Source: Callorhinchus milii (Eukaryota). From it: 64,000 nucleotides of DNA. The notes under the pieces are model-generated. The model saw only the letters and a program-made list of their open reading frames with translations. It did not search any database and was not told the origin of the DNA. Positions within the stretch are counted from its first letter, which is position 1. Each line of letters opens with the position of its first letter. The translations under genes and the position numbers were made by a program. The stretch covers positions 49,850,001-49,914,000 of the forward strand of contig NW_024704743.1 in assembly GCF_018977255.1 (NCBI RefSeq). Reading direction: 5' to 3'. Shown here one piece after another: positions 11,191-25,083 of the stretch.

Positions 11191-13889
11191 ACCAGGCAGA
11201 CAGGACTTTGGGTTAGTGTCTCATCCAAAGGACGGCACCTCTAAAAATGCAACACCCCCAGCGCTGCATTGGAATGTCATCTTAAAATTAGACCAAATCC
11301 GTTCCTGGGGCTTGAACCCACAATCTTTTAAATCGGAGGCAAGAGTGGAACCACTGAGCCAGGCTGTCACACAAAGCCTGGCTCAGTGGTGGCACTCTTG
11401 CCTCTGAACTGAACTGCCTTCTTTCCAGGCTGTAAAGATTACGTTTATTGATCTTTCTTTGGAACTCAATCCCAATTTACAATTGGTATATAATTACCTT
11501 TATTGTGAACAAATCTGTTTTGTGCAAAGCAAGACAAAAATGATTATGGCACGTAGAAAAGGGGTTTGTAGATATATATTGCAATTTTGTAACAACTGTA
11601 TTGTTAAACTAAAGTGGAACCTCATATACTCATCCTCCAATTATCTATTTTCCTCTTCAAGTCAGCTACTGATTTCCACTATCCTTCCCCCTTCCCCCCA
11701 GCTTCAGCTCCCACTCAATTTGCAATATGAAAATTAAATGTTTCTGGTGACCTATTGCAAATTGATAAGAATTGAAAATGCAGTATTCGCAAACTAGAAG
11801 TCATGATCGTAAATTCCACGTTTGTTTCCGAACCAGAGGAAGAGCCTGAAAAGTCAGACAAATTGTCTGAAAGGAAAATGACAGTCACAAAAGGCCCTTA
11901 GACTGATTTTCCTCCCAGTTTAACTAATTCATAGCCAATCCTGCAATTTCATTAACAATATCAAAGTTACTATTCGCAAGGTGAAACTGCATTTTAAACC
12001 CCAATGTTTCAGTGCATTTCACTTTGAATACTAGTGATACTGCTTCATATTCTTTGCAATATAAAATGCTCATGCGCTCCAGGACACTACCCCGTGTTAA
12101 GGGCGCTATATAAATTGTAGTTGTTGTTGCTAAACCAACATTGCTTGGTCCGTGTCCCCTGTCCTCTCTGTACTATCATCGGTGGTTGAACCTTCGGTTC
12201 CTATGCCCCTAACCTCAGGATCTCCCACCCTCTACCACTTCTTCTCCCCCCCTCTTTCTGTTTTTAAGTCCCACCTCAAATTCTATCTCTTTGAATGCTC
12301 CTATGGCCATCTCCTTCTCCCCTCCATCTCTCTTCTTCCTTGCTGGATGTGCACTGTCGTGAAGTGTTCCGAGACGTTACCCTATGTGAAGGGTTCTATG
12401 TAAATCCAAGTTATTGTTATTGCTTAGTGCCACTGTAGAACCTCGATTATCTGCCAATGTCAATTAGCCTCTGAGAGAAAAGAATCTCTTCTGAGATGGA
12501 AGATAATTGCATAATGTAAGAAAATCGCATTATGTAAGAAATCAAAAACAAAACACCGTTGTAAGAGATTTGCAAGGAATTCTGGTAATACAAAGCTGAG
12601 AAATGTCTCATGCCACTAAATATAACAAATGAAGTGTGTGCACTTGTAATGGGATTTTCTAATTAGAAATATACTGCTTCAAAGTTCTTCACTTAGTTTT
12701 TAAGTAGAGCCATGTATAAAAGAACTCCAGCAAGCTGGTTGAAAAAGGTCCAAAAAAGGCAGAAACACTTCCATTCACTGGTCCCTGCTGTATTTTGTTA
12801 CTGCACATTGGAATAAACCATTGTCACAGGGGATTTGGGCAGATTGTTCTCTTTAAAAATGTATTAATGTGCACAAGGTAGCATTTGACACATATTAGTG
12901 AAATGGTTTGTAAATGCCATTCACATTATTGATATCTTTAATGACACTATTCAAGAATTACAGGCAATGCTGAATATTGACAGATTTGAAGTGAACTATG
13001 TATGCTTCATCAATAGTCAATCTAATTTTATGGATTATGAAATATAATTAAAAGACAAGATGATCTTTGTAAATAACAAAATCTATTAAATTGAATCCTT
13101 GCCATCTTAGCTTCATTCGGGTAGTTTATAAAGCATGAATTGCGTTTCTGTTCAGTAAAACATCCTCCAAATGACCCGTTTCTTGATAGGTACATTAAAC
13201 CTTTGATGTATGATAATTATCATGTTCACATACAGTATTGTGAACCAACAGTGGCACTCTCAGACCCTATCCTGCATAAAAGGTGCTGATAAAAAATGTA
13301 ACTTGTTGAATTATACATATGGAAAAAGGGGTCAAAAGCAATACTTGTGCGATTTCTAAAAAAAAATACCGATATTCAAAAGAAACCAGAAATAAAGCAA
13401 CACTTCCACCACCATCCATTCAGTCTCCTGTTTTTTTTCCACTCTTTGGGCAAACATTGATCCCATTCAGCTGACCAATGAGACTCAAATTAATGCGGAT
13501 TCAACCCAAAGAGGAACACTGGCGTATTATTCGGATGCAGGGCTTGAGGACATAAAATGAATACTTGAATCTCCCAGGCCAAGGTCAAACAGTTTTTGAA
13601 TTGTTTTAAAAAAGGGAAATAATAATAATCCTTGCATTTGATATAGTGCTTTTCATGTCTTCTAGACGTCTCAAAGCGCTAGACAGAATATGCTATAGAG
13701 TGAATTGATTGTATATTTGTGGGCAAAAATAATATTTGTTTAATATTCACAATTATAGGAGGAGGAACACAGTCTGGTGTAATATGGTGCTTGTAGCAAG
13801 CGTGGCCTCTTTAGAAAACAAAATAGGTTTGCCAGTGCCTGAGCAGCACATTAAGCTGTGAGGCATGGAAATCAAGGAGGGAAAATAAA

Positions 13890-14250
13890 ATAATAAATAA
13901 TCCTTGCATCTGATATAGTGCCTTATCACATCGTTGTGACATCTCAAAGCACTTCACAGGATATCCTTGTAAAGTGGATTGACTGTGTATTTTGTGGGTG
14001 AAACGGGCAGCCAGTTGGGTGCAGCAGTGTCCCACAGACAGTCATGGAGTGACTGACCAATTTTTTATTTGGGGGATTGTTGGCAAGGACACCAGGAGAG
14101 AGAAACTCTCTTTACTTTTCGAATAGTGCAAAGGCCCCAGACATCCACCTAACAGGCAGATGGGTCCTCGGTTTAACGTCTTATCAGAAGGACGGCACCT
14201 CTGACAATGCAACAAGCCCCCCCGCAATGCATTGGAGTGTCAGCTTTGAC
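13890..14250 (-). mobile_element. Older Deu-domain SINE (SacSINE/DeuSINE-like)
   Basis: Carries the 5' Deu block (gcattgtcagaggtgccgtccttctgataagacgttaaaccgagg on the minus strand), which the young family lacks. Related pieces at 10370-10535 plus 11190-11365, 35360-35590, 53400-53840 and 62045-62280. Confidence 0.7.
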
Positions 14251-17200
14251 TAGGTAAGATAGGTGTTCACTAAAGAGATCATTTGATCACATGCAAAGGT
14301 AATAGGTTTAAACCAATCACGCATCGGGCATTGGACCATGGGTGTGAAAAGCAAACCTCAGAACAACATGCAGGCACTGAAATATGCAATCGTAAACATT
14401 TAAAAAGGCTGAATCTAAAATATTCTCCAGTGATTTCATCAGTAAATTTAGCTGATGCATAAAGCCTGCATAAAGATTAAATATTATAACCAAGAACCAA
14501 AGTGTTTTTCTTAAATTAACTCCGAAGGTATTCCAAAAATTCCTCACACTCGAGCAAAAATCTATAATGAATTGAAAGTAATTACATACTGCAGGGCTCT
14601 CAGTGACTTCAAGGAATCCTTCTCACTGATTGGGCTTTTTCAGCAGCTGCTTTTTGTGGCCTGGGGTTATCTCTAACTTATTTCTCTTCCTTCATTTTTT
14701 TTAAGAAATGAGAAGCAATTAGATTTTAGAGACTATAGAACAGGAAATTAAGAGGGTGGCTCTCTAATAGTAAAAAAATTACCATCCCATGGTCGTGAGA
14801 ACTTTCTATCGTTCCCAGACCAGGAAATCTACTGATGAATGCAGAATCACTGCAAAATGTTGTAAATTAGTCTGTTGGGTTCAGCAATCTTGGTAATTGT
14901 TAACATGTTAATACATTTGGTAAAAATGTGTTCATCTCTACATTTAATAAATTGTTAGCTCAGAGAGTTTAATAGTAACATAGTTTGATATTATGCATAC
15001 ACCGGCACAGTCATAGAGGAAAGTCTTCTGGTGGGATCTGAAGACAGGTACAGAAGGGGTGAGGCAAAGGGATTGAGCGAGGGAGTTCAGATCGGATCAG
15101 GTGTTTAATTTTTTGATTTAATTGCTTATATTTTAAGATGTAATTTCATGAGATGACCACCTTTCCTCACGAGGTATAAAATAAAATCTCATGAGAATTC
15201 ATCCTAAGTAGTCAGAAACAATATCTTAAATCAAGACAAAGTGGTCTGACAGGATCTTCTGGCAGTGATATGATGGTGTTGATGACTTGAGCGCTTGAGA
15301 AAGCATAAATAAATGCACCGTAGCACCACAGAAGACGAGGATTTTTTTAGATGAGATTGTAAGGGAAGTGTTGGAGAAACCTATCCATAGTTAGAGTATG
15401 TAAACAACATTTAGTCACCTGTCAAGGGAAATATATTGATATTTACTGGAATAATATATGAACATGTGTTTACAGGTAGGCTGGTCCTAGCTAGACAAGC
15501 AGTGAGAAGCTTCCCAGACAGTGCCTTCAATGGCAAGCTGTGCAGTGTTAGCTGGTTAGATTCCCGCAGTACCCTAACACACAGTCCAGAATCCCCAAGC
15601 CTTGACTCTTGTCAATCTGTGCCTAATACTCTCTGGCAATGCGTAAGCAGGACGTGTCCTTCAGAAGAGCGAGTGTGCATTTATTCCAGACCTGGCAATT
15701 TCCCTGTGTCAATGACATACATAGAACTCTCTGACTGGTTTGGATCGTCTTAAATATGTATCAGACACCTGACTGACACCCCAAAAAGATTTTTTTTTAA
15801 CTGGAACAAGTGATTAATGGTCTACACTTTGACAATTGATGCAGACAATAAGCAGCACAAAGACTTTTTTTTCCTCCCAACTCTTCACAATCTATGTGTA
15901 TTATTGGTACAAATTGCCTTTTGTTCAAAACTTGAAAATGTGTGCAATACAAATAACATGCAAAAAAATGAGCAGTCGAAAACTGTTAAACACGTCTCCT
16001 AAATCTATCGCTGACTACAGTACAGCCAGTCAGACCAGCCTGATATCGATCTTGTTCATGCCAAGTGCAGAAATTGAACCAAGCTCATTTGGGAAGGAGG
16101 ATTTCTGGAATATTAGGGAAGTCTTTGATATTGGTAAGTCATTATGTACAACAAACCATACCACATCTGTTGGGATTCAATCAGTTTCCACAAGACACTG
16201 TCCCAGCCAAAATTCTCAGAATTGTCTATTATTTTAAATCAGAATTCACAGCCATTAGTTTAGAGGAAGGAGGATTAAGCTGGTTTGTTTCATGTGAGAG
16301 GTTCATTGAGAAGTGCTACTCTCTGTTAATTCCTAATCGTCCAACAAAACTTTCTCAGGAATTTCCTGTCTCTCTGGGCTAACAGTTTTGTACATTTTTA
16401 GTTCATGGACAGTGAACCTGACAATATTTTTCAGCAATAAAGCTACTAAACATTAGGAATCACTATTCCTGGAATATTAAGCTTACACTACTAAAAGAAA
16501 ATACCCAAAGTAAAATGTAACTTTAAGATTTACAATAAATGTCAAGATAATTGTAGTTATCCTATCATCCCTTTATTCCAACCTTTCTCTGTTGTTTTCT
16601 TGTCTAAACTTTATTTTTAATGATTTAATTTGACTAGTTTCCTACCATATTTAACCAAATCTTTAACCTTTGTACTCTCAAATATCCTATTTTACATTAA
16701 ACATCCTGTTCATCTGCTTTCTTTGTCTTCAAGCTCTTATTATCCCATTTTAAGGGGTGAAGCAAATTTCTTTTGCCCTATTTATACTGCAGATTTAGTT
16801 GACACATTTTGTATCATATCAATGTTGAAAGTCCAATAACCGATTAAATGAATTCCAAGCCATGCTCCCATCGAATCAATGCACAGCTGCAATACAAAGA
16901 TGAGAATTGTATTTCAGCCAATTTCAATTTAAACATAGGATTATTTGAGCTTGGTGCACCCACTGTTGAATAGCAGCTCAGCACCAAGTTAGCCAGGTTC
17001 CTGCTCTAAATCGCTGCACTGCCTGAAATGATGCTGAATCCTTTCAGCAGTACAGATATAAAAGGTTTGCACTGATCAGATAATATCCCGAATTCTGAAG
17101 AAAATAAGTATGAAGGAGTGTTTGCCAACTCCTACAGCATGTAGGCAAGTAAACTCATCCATGACGGAGGGGTATGAACTGATACAACATCCAAACTGGC

Positions 17201-17747
17201 CATATTTTGAAATGATCAAACGTGAAGTTTTTCACTGGATGGCACAATAAGTTAATTTATCCAAACATTTTCCATTGTTATATTTGAACAATAGATCTAT
17301 CCACATATTCAAGTATCCAAATCATAGTTTAGGTAACTATTAAGACACAATAGAAAGGATCAAAGGTATCTAAATTAAACAGTCTGTCCACAGAATAACA
17401 GTCACTCTAGCTGTTACTGATTGTCACCAGTTTATTTAGTAAGCACCAAATGACTCAAACCCCCTCAATGAGATAATAATAATCCTTGCTTTGATATAGC
17501 ATCTTATCACATCATTGAGACATTTCAAAGCACTTCACAGGATATACTGGGATGTGTAGTGACTGTGTATTTGTAGCTGATTTGGGCAGTCAATTTGCGC
17601 ACATCAATGTCCCACAGATAGCCTGGAAGTGAGTGACAACGGTAAGGTGACAAATTAATTTGATAGATGGAATCCAAGTACTGGGAAGCCCATCCTCCAG
17701 TATAGAGGATATTTATATATGGAGTTCCTTATCGTCAGCTCCTCTCC

Positions 17748-18690
17748 AACAACAACAATAACTTGCATTTATATAGCGCCCTTCACGTGGGGTAGCATCT
17801 CAGAGCATTTAATAGTGGCCGAGCCTGACATCAAGCTGGGGGGAGGGAGGAGGTCACTGTTAGCATGGTCGAAGAGGAAGGTCTTTGGCGTGATCTGAAA
17901 AAGGGGAAGGAGGGGAAGGTGGAGGGATTGAGGGAGAGAGTTGCAAAGTTTCAGGGTGTAGTCACTGAAAGCACAGCAGCCGATGGTAGAGTGGAGGGGA
18001 CGAGGGACAAGCAGGAGGCTGAAGCCGGCCAGAGCAGAGGCAGTGGATAGTGAAGTGGGGACTAAGAAGGTCAGAGAGGTAGAGAGGTGTCAGCGCGTGA
18101 AGGGATTTGTAGATGAGTGTGAAGATCTACACTCACACTATGGTGTGAGGATCTACACTACATGGGGAATCCTGTAGCTCTGTGGTTAGAGCACTCGCCA
18201 TGCAAGCGAGAGACCAAGGTTCGATTCTCAGCAGGGCGAAATCTTTGGCAAGTTTCCTTACTCCACACACCTGATAATAATCCCTCAAGAAATAAAAGAC
18301 AATAATAATAAATTGGTCACTTGGATTCATGACTGTTTGTGGGACACTGCTGTGTGCAACTGGCTGTGGTATTTCACCCACAAATATACAGTCAATTCAC
18401 TTTACCATATATTGTGTGAAGCGTTTTGAGATGTCTGGAAAACATGAAAAGCGCTATATCAAATGCAAGGATTATTATTATTATATAGGATCTTAAAGTT
18501 GATCCATTCTGTGATAGGGAGCCAGTGGAGCCTGCCAAAGTCTTGTGATGGGGTTATGGAGTTTAGAACAGGTGAGTATACAGGTGGTAGAGTTTTGAAT
18601 TAGTTGGATTTTGTGGATAGTGAAGCTGGGGAGACCGGTGAGGAGGGCATTGGAATAAAGCAGGAGTGACAAAAGTATGGATGAGTTGCA
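17748..18690 (-). mobile_element. Decayed L2 3' fragment split by a SINE (18166-18484)
   Basis: L2 tail aacaacaacaataacttgcatttatatagcgccc at 17748. YSNALLTGLPSFTIHKIQLIQN in ORF 18493-18744. Confidence 0.7.
18166..18484 (+). mobile_element. Same SINE, full length, short subfamily
   Basis: A-box-like head, B box GGTTCGATTC, family body, (TTA)n tail. Confidence 0.9.
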
Positions 18691-19162
18691 TTTGATGCGA
18701 AATACAGTTGAAGGTGGGCAAGTTAGATCAAAGATTAATTCCAAGCCAATAATCTTGGATATGATCCAAGGATTTGTGCAATATTAAAAAAATCTGTATT
18801 CAGAATTGAGGTTAACACTGTCTCAGAAAAATGCACCTTTCTTTGATCCCATTGAAGTCCATCAACCTTGTCAGCTTAATTACTAGCTTACATTTAGGCA
18901 AAAAATATCTGGCAAGATACTTTGGCAATGGTTGCCCTCCTAAACTAAAGTTTGTTCTTAGATACAAAAAATTTGGTGGCTGAATTTTCAACAACTTGAT
19001 CAGTACCAATGTGTGATCAGATGAGATATCTTAATGAAGTGTATGAAATCAGAACTCATTCTTAACATACCTCATATTTCCCTGGCAATTGGCAAATGTG
19101 ATCTTATATGAAAGTCTGACACAGGAGTAGCGAGCAAGCCTGCAGTGCAAGCTTCCCCTTAT

Positions 19163-19670
19163 CATAGAATCATAGAATTATACAGCACAGAAGGAGGGCA
19201 TTCGGCCCGTGGTGTCCGTGTCAGTTCTTCTAAAAGAGCTATCCAAATCAATCTCACTCCCCCGCTCTCTCCCTATAGTCCTGCAAACTTGTCCTCCCCA
19301 AATATTTATCTACTTCTCTCTTAAAAGTTGTTATCGAATCAGCTTCCACCACCCTTTCAAGGAGTGCATTCCAGATTCAAACAACTCGCTGTGTGAAAAC
19401 ATGTTTCAACACTTTCCCTCTGTTTCTTTTAACAACAATTTTAAATCAGTGTCCTCGGGTTACCGACCCACCCACCAGTGGAAATAGTTTCTCCTTGTTC
19501 ACGCTATCAAGTCCCCTCATAATTTTCAAAACTTCTATTAAATCTTCTCTTAACTTTCTCTGCTCCAAGTAGAATAAACATGCTTCTCTAACCTTTCCTG
19601 ATAACTGAAATCCCTCATTCCTGGTACCATCCTGGTAAATCTCCTTTGCACCCTCTCCAATGCCTTAGCA
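19163..19670 (-). mobile_element. CR1 LINE 3' fragment
   Basis: Minus strand reads ESVQRRFTRMVPGMRDFSYQERLEK...FTQRVV.IWNAL. Tail (TTCTATGA)n appears as catagaatcatagaat on plus. Confidence 0.85.
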
Positions 19671-20212
19671 AAACATTTGATTATAGCACTCACTACAAGC
19701 AAAACCAATTGCTTCAAGGAGATTTAGAAGAATTCACAGGCCCCATCAAACATTCAATCTTAGCCTACAAGCTAAGCTTTCAGTGCACGGTCCAATTTTA
19801 ACATGTAAAGGTGTTTGCAATTCTGTACTACTGTGCCAATTTATTTCGCTGGATGAATAGGACCTCAATGTTGACTTGAAATCTTGTTGATTAGAGTTGT
19901 ATTATAGTCAGACTTCTTGTAATGAAGTGGTTCTTTGTACGTTACTAACAGATGGATATCTGTTAATTCTGCTGTGAGCGTTGTTGAACTGTTAATCCAA
20001 TGGGAAATGTATGTTTCAAAATGAAATATGGAAATTGTCATGTCTATAACAAAAATGTTGCTCTGATAATGAGACAAGGTAAAGTCCAGCCCATGTCATC
20101 CTTTACTAAATTGACCTGAAGCCCAATTTCATTGAAGATGTTATAAAATGCTATATAGTGCCACTTTTTATTTAACAAGCTCTGCAGGAATCAATGCCAG
20201 TGATTACTGCTC

Positions 20213-21290
20213 TTAGGAGCATAGGAACAGGAGGAACAGCCCTTTGAGTCTGTTCTGCTATTTAATTAGATCATGACTGATCTGTACTTCAACTAATCCT
20301 TTCAATTCCAATTTCCTGCTTTTTCCCCATATCCCTTAATACCCTGACCTATCAAAAAACTATCTACCTCACTCTTGACGGTGTGGATGGATCCAGCATC
20401 CACAGCCTTTAGGAGGAGAGAATTCCAGATTTCTACCACCCTTTGAGTGAAAAAATGCTTCCTGATTTCACTCTTAAATGGCCTGGTTCTAATTTTAAGA
20501 CAATGCCGCCTTGTTTTAGAAACAAGTTTAATGGTTCCTTTGCATCAGATCTTTTAGCTTTAATTGTAGTAACAGTGATTCTGTTAATCCCAAGGGGCTG
20601 GTATTATTCCTCCCAATTTGTAGTTCTAGGCTTTCAACTTGCTTCAGCATATTCTCATGAGGATAATCTTTTTTGGTTTTTGTGTCAATCTATCTTGTTT
20701 TGGTGGTGTTTTCTTCAGTAACCTGGGAGACCTTTTTGTTACGGATACCCACTTTCAATACGAGTTCTTTTTTTCTCTCTCTTTTTTGGCAGGAATTCAT
20801 CATTCTAAACTGCACCTATTTTCATTTCACAGGATCACAATATTGGTCTGGATGAAAAAGGCCCTTCAGACCATCTAATCTCGTCCCTCCAGAAAACCCA
20901 ACCGACCATCTCCTCATCACTGCCTCAAGCTGCTTTTTAAATAAATTGCAGTAGCCTGGCTTCTACCACCTTTCCTAACAACCGGTTCCAGTTGTTAATT
21001 ACCTAAAGAAAAACTTCTCGGTATCTGTCCTGAAAACGCCCTTGACAACTCTAAAACTCTATGTCCTCTTGTTCTATTGTCATGAAACATCCTAAATATT
21101 GATCTGGGTTTATGTTTGCAATCCTATTTATAATTTTGTATACTTCTATGACGTCTCCTATGAATCATCTTTGCTCAAGACATCTTTTCACAAAAAGAGC
21201 CTTTGCTTGTTTAGTCGTTGCTCATAGCTCATTCCTCTAACACTGGGGATCATCCTCATTGCTCTCTTCTGCACTGCCGCTAGACATTTC
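20213..21290 (-). mobile_element. Two decayed CR1 3' fragments (~20213-20510 and ~20850-21290)
   Basis: cataggaacaggag tail; attccagatttctaccaccc motif; QRRAMRMIP-type motif on the minus strand. Confidence 0.65.
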
Positions 21291-22749
21291 CAGTGGAGCT
21301 ATGGTTGTTTTTCCTTAATTTTGAACTAACATAAATTTCCTCAAAGCAATTGTCTTTTGTTGTATTAACTACAATATTTTGCTAACTGTGAACTTGCAGA
21401 GTATTTAAGAAGGCATTGAATCAAAGCGCTCCAGGACGCTATTAGGGGCGGAATTGAGGGAGGGAAACATTTTTACTGATTCTAATTCACATCTCCTCAG
21501 ACCATTCACTTGCGCATTACTCTGATCTTGGTTCTCTTCAGCCAAATTTCTAATCCAGTCAGTTCTACTTTCAGCAATTCTGACTTCTTGCTCTTTACTC
21601 CTTCACCTTACAGAACCATTTTGTTACACCCCAGGAAGCAAAGAATAGTCAGTACCAGTGTTCAATTATAAAGCTCAGTGGAATCTGATTACCATAGATC
21701 TTTAATCTTAATCTTACCATCATGACATTATAATGGAAGCAAATACCTTTTGTTCATGTTATCATGTATGCCAAATGCTAACCACTCAAGCCAGAATCAA
21801 ACAGTATGGTTATCAACATTCTAACTTTATTCAGGCGATTTAAAACTGAGGCTTTTGTCAGCTAAAGTAATTAAAAAAAGATAAACCAGTGCACCTTGGA
21901 ACAATTTCCTTTTCAATTTTCCCTGGTCTTTCACAGCTGAATTGATCTCCAATTCTCCCCTGCCCATTAACTACCCCAGATTTTCCATTATTTACTCCAA
22001 TATTCTGAACGGCATTTATCTTGTACATTTTTCGCATTTTTATTCATGTACTTGCACTGAAATTTCAGCTATATAATAGAATCACAAAAATTACAGCATA
22101 TAATAAGTGTATTCAGCCCTTCAAGGTTATGATGGTGACAATGGCACAAGTTTCTCTAATCCAAATTTCCTCCTTCCCATACCTTTTCTTATTGGTTTCA
22201 TTTAAATGTTCAACCATTTCTCCTTTATTATAGTCCTGTGATTTTAGCCTCAGAAGTCCACGTGTGGCAATTCATTCCATATTCTAAAAAAAAGCTTCAC
22301 AAAGAGTGATTGAGTCCATGTTGGCTGATGATTGGCAAAATGAAATTCAATACAGAAGTTACTGTGCTGTAAATATTTTAGGCTTCTATGACTTTAGTAC
22401 AATTGCACTATTATTAAATCAGATGCATGTTCCTATCTAGTGTTTAATTTTATTTCACTGAGTCCTGAAATTTAAGATCAGTAGAAATTAGTGTTTGCAC
22501 TATAATTCATGAAACCTTTTCCCACTGCAAACTAAGTTAGAGCTTCCTACCAGATTAGTTGGATATTCACCAAATATTTGTATTTAGGGGGAAGCTAGAT
22601 AGGTACATGAGGGAGAAAGGAATAGAAGATTATGCTTGAAGGCTTAGTTGAGGAAGGGCAGGACTCATGTAGAGCACAAACACTGCCATAGACCAGTTGG
22701 GCCAAATGGTCTGTTTCTGTGCTGTATATGCTAATGTATTCTAAATGTT

Positions 22750-23510
22750 CTAACAACAAAATTACATTTGTATGACGACTTTCACGTCAGGAGGACGTCC
22801 CAAGGCACTGGCTAATCAGTGTTTCAGACCCCAGCTGGGGGTCGGGATTGTGGGGGGGGTGGGGGGTGCCGGGCAGGAGGAAAGGAGAGTGACTGAAGGC
22901 ACGGTCGAAGAGGAGGGTCTTGAGACGGGTCTTGAAGCAGACAAGGGAGTTGGTGAGGCAGATGGACTGTGCGATGGAGTTCCAGAGGGTGGGGGCAGAG
23001 TGGCAGTAGGTGGGGGACGTGAAGCAGGCCGGAGCCAAACTAGACAGAGGGAGCAGGGCCACGGAGGGCTTGGAAGCAGAGGACCAGGATCTTCAACTGT
23101 ATCCTCTGTGTGATGGGAAGCCAGTGGAGTCGGGCAAGGATGAGGGCGATAGCGTTGCGGAGCCTGGTGCGGGAGAGGACACAGGCTGCAGAGTTCTGGA
23201 TGATCTATAGCCTATGGAGGGAGGAGTTGGGGAGGCCAACAAGCAGGGAGTTTGCAGTCAAGACTGGATGTTATGAATGTGTGTATGAGGGTCTTGGAAG
23301 GAGAGGAAGGAGCGAATCTGGGAAGCAACGACTTGTTCCAGGTGGCTGGTGTACCAGGGTGACTTCCGTGAGTAGGAGACTGTTCGGGAAGTGGGGATGG
23401 GTGAGGGCAAGGGCATCGAGAGTGGTGGGGAGGGAGTTGTGGAGGAGAGTGACCGGGGAGGATAGGTCATTGCGGGAGAAAGCCCAGAAGGGGAGGAGTT
23501 CAGATGACTC
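22750..23510 (-). mobile_element. L2 3' fragment
   Basis: Minus-strand SAPTLWNSI...FKTRLKTLLFDRAF and an L2-type tail at ~22750-22810. Confidence 0.8.
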
Positions 23511-24699
23511 AAAAAAACCCATCTAAAACCTCAAGGATGTCAACAAGGACTACAATAAGTATATGTGTGACCTGTGGAAGAAGCAGGCTTCTGAGATTGT
23601 TAATGTCTTCTTCTCATTTCACACACTATGTTCTTAAACATATTCAGCACTGATACTCTATTAACCCATTAGTTGACCATTAAGTGGCTATGAAGGAATT
23701 GGGCTCATGCCAGTTTTCCAGAAGTTTGTTCCCTTTGTAACTGTTGTAATGATGCTTTTTAGTGATATGAACTTAGAGTTTACATCCATCTAGCATATCC
23801 ACTTTGTGCTATAAGGGACAAGTGTACCAATCGATTTAAATCATGATGCATCATACAAAGCAATTGGAAGACAGCAAATCTTTGGAAAGTGTGTTTCGCA
23901 TCTAATGATTATAAACTATCTTCTTACAAACCTTACCCAACATGTCCTAATTTCACTGATATTCCTTGAGGTCAACAGGCTCTCTGCCACATTTAGTTAT
24001 GATCTTATATGAAATTATTTGATATATCTTCATCATACTATTTGCAAGCCTATGGACACAGAATGTTTTTATAATAAAAAATGGTAATATATCCATGGCT
24101 TTAAAATGCTTTTGTAATGTCTGAACGTAGAAAACATTTTAGATTAAATTACTTACTTGCTTACTTACTTTATTTGTATACATTACTGCTCATTACTAAT
24201 ATTCTGGTCTAAGAGATAAAACGGAGAGGATAGAAAACCTTTTTGTACACAGAGCTAGAGAGTGGAATGTTTTACCATAAGCGGTGGTTGAAGCCAAATC
24301 CATACATAAAAATGAAGGGAAATAGATAAATAATTGAAGAAAAATCGAAAGGGTCTGTAAAAAAAAAGCATGGACATGATCAGAGCTAATTAGCACCAGT
24401 CAGAGAAATGTCACCAGGGCAGGCACAGTGGATCTCGTAACCCCCTGCTATGCTGTAAACTTATGGGGTCAATAATAATGGTGCAGAATATAGGTGAATG
24501 TAAGCAATGACTTGGTAGTGGCTCAGCCCCTCCTGGAGTCAGCTTGACAGCCTTCTGGAGTCAGGGCGGAATTAACCAATTAAAATTTTTTTCTCCTAAA
24601 TTGGCTATATTTTTTCTGTTCTTCTCAGTTTCTCATCTCTCCAGAGAGAGGGCTGAGTGACAGGCACCGGGAGAGACTTGTAGGTTCGCATTACATTGT

Positions 24700-25083
24700 G
24701 GAGTCCTGTAGCTCAGTGGTTAGAGCACTCGCCTCGCAAACGAGAAACCTGGGTTTGATTCCCGGCAGGGCGAAATGTTGGGCAAGTTTCCTTACTCAAC
24801 ATGCCTCTGCTTACCTAGCAGTAAATAGGAACCTGGTTGTTAGTTGATTGGTGGATTGCTTTTCCCTTAAGGAATAATAATCCATTAAGAAAAAAATAAT
24901 AATAATTTTGGTCATTCAATCCACGACTGTTTGTGGGACACTGCTGCACACAATTGGCTGCCCCATTTCGCTCACAAATATACAGTCAATTCACTTTACA
25001 GTATATTCTGTGAGCGCTTTAAGACGTCTAGAAGACATGAAAAGCGCTATATCAAATGCAAGGATTATTATTTATTATTATTA
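24700..25083 (+). mobile_element. Same SINE, full length, long subfamily
   Basis: A box and B-box-like motif, extra central block, (TTA)n tail. Confidence 0.9.
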
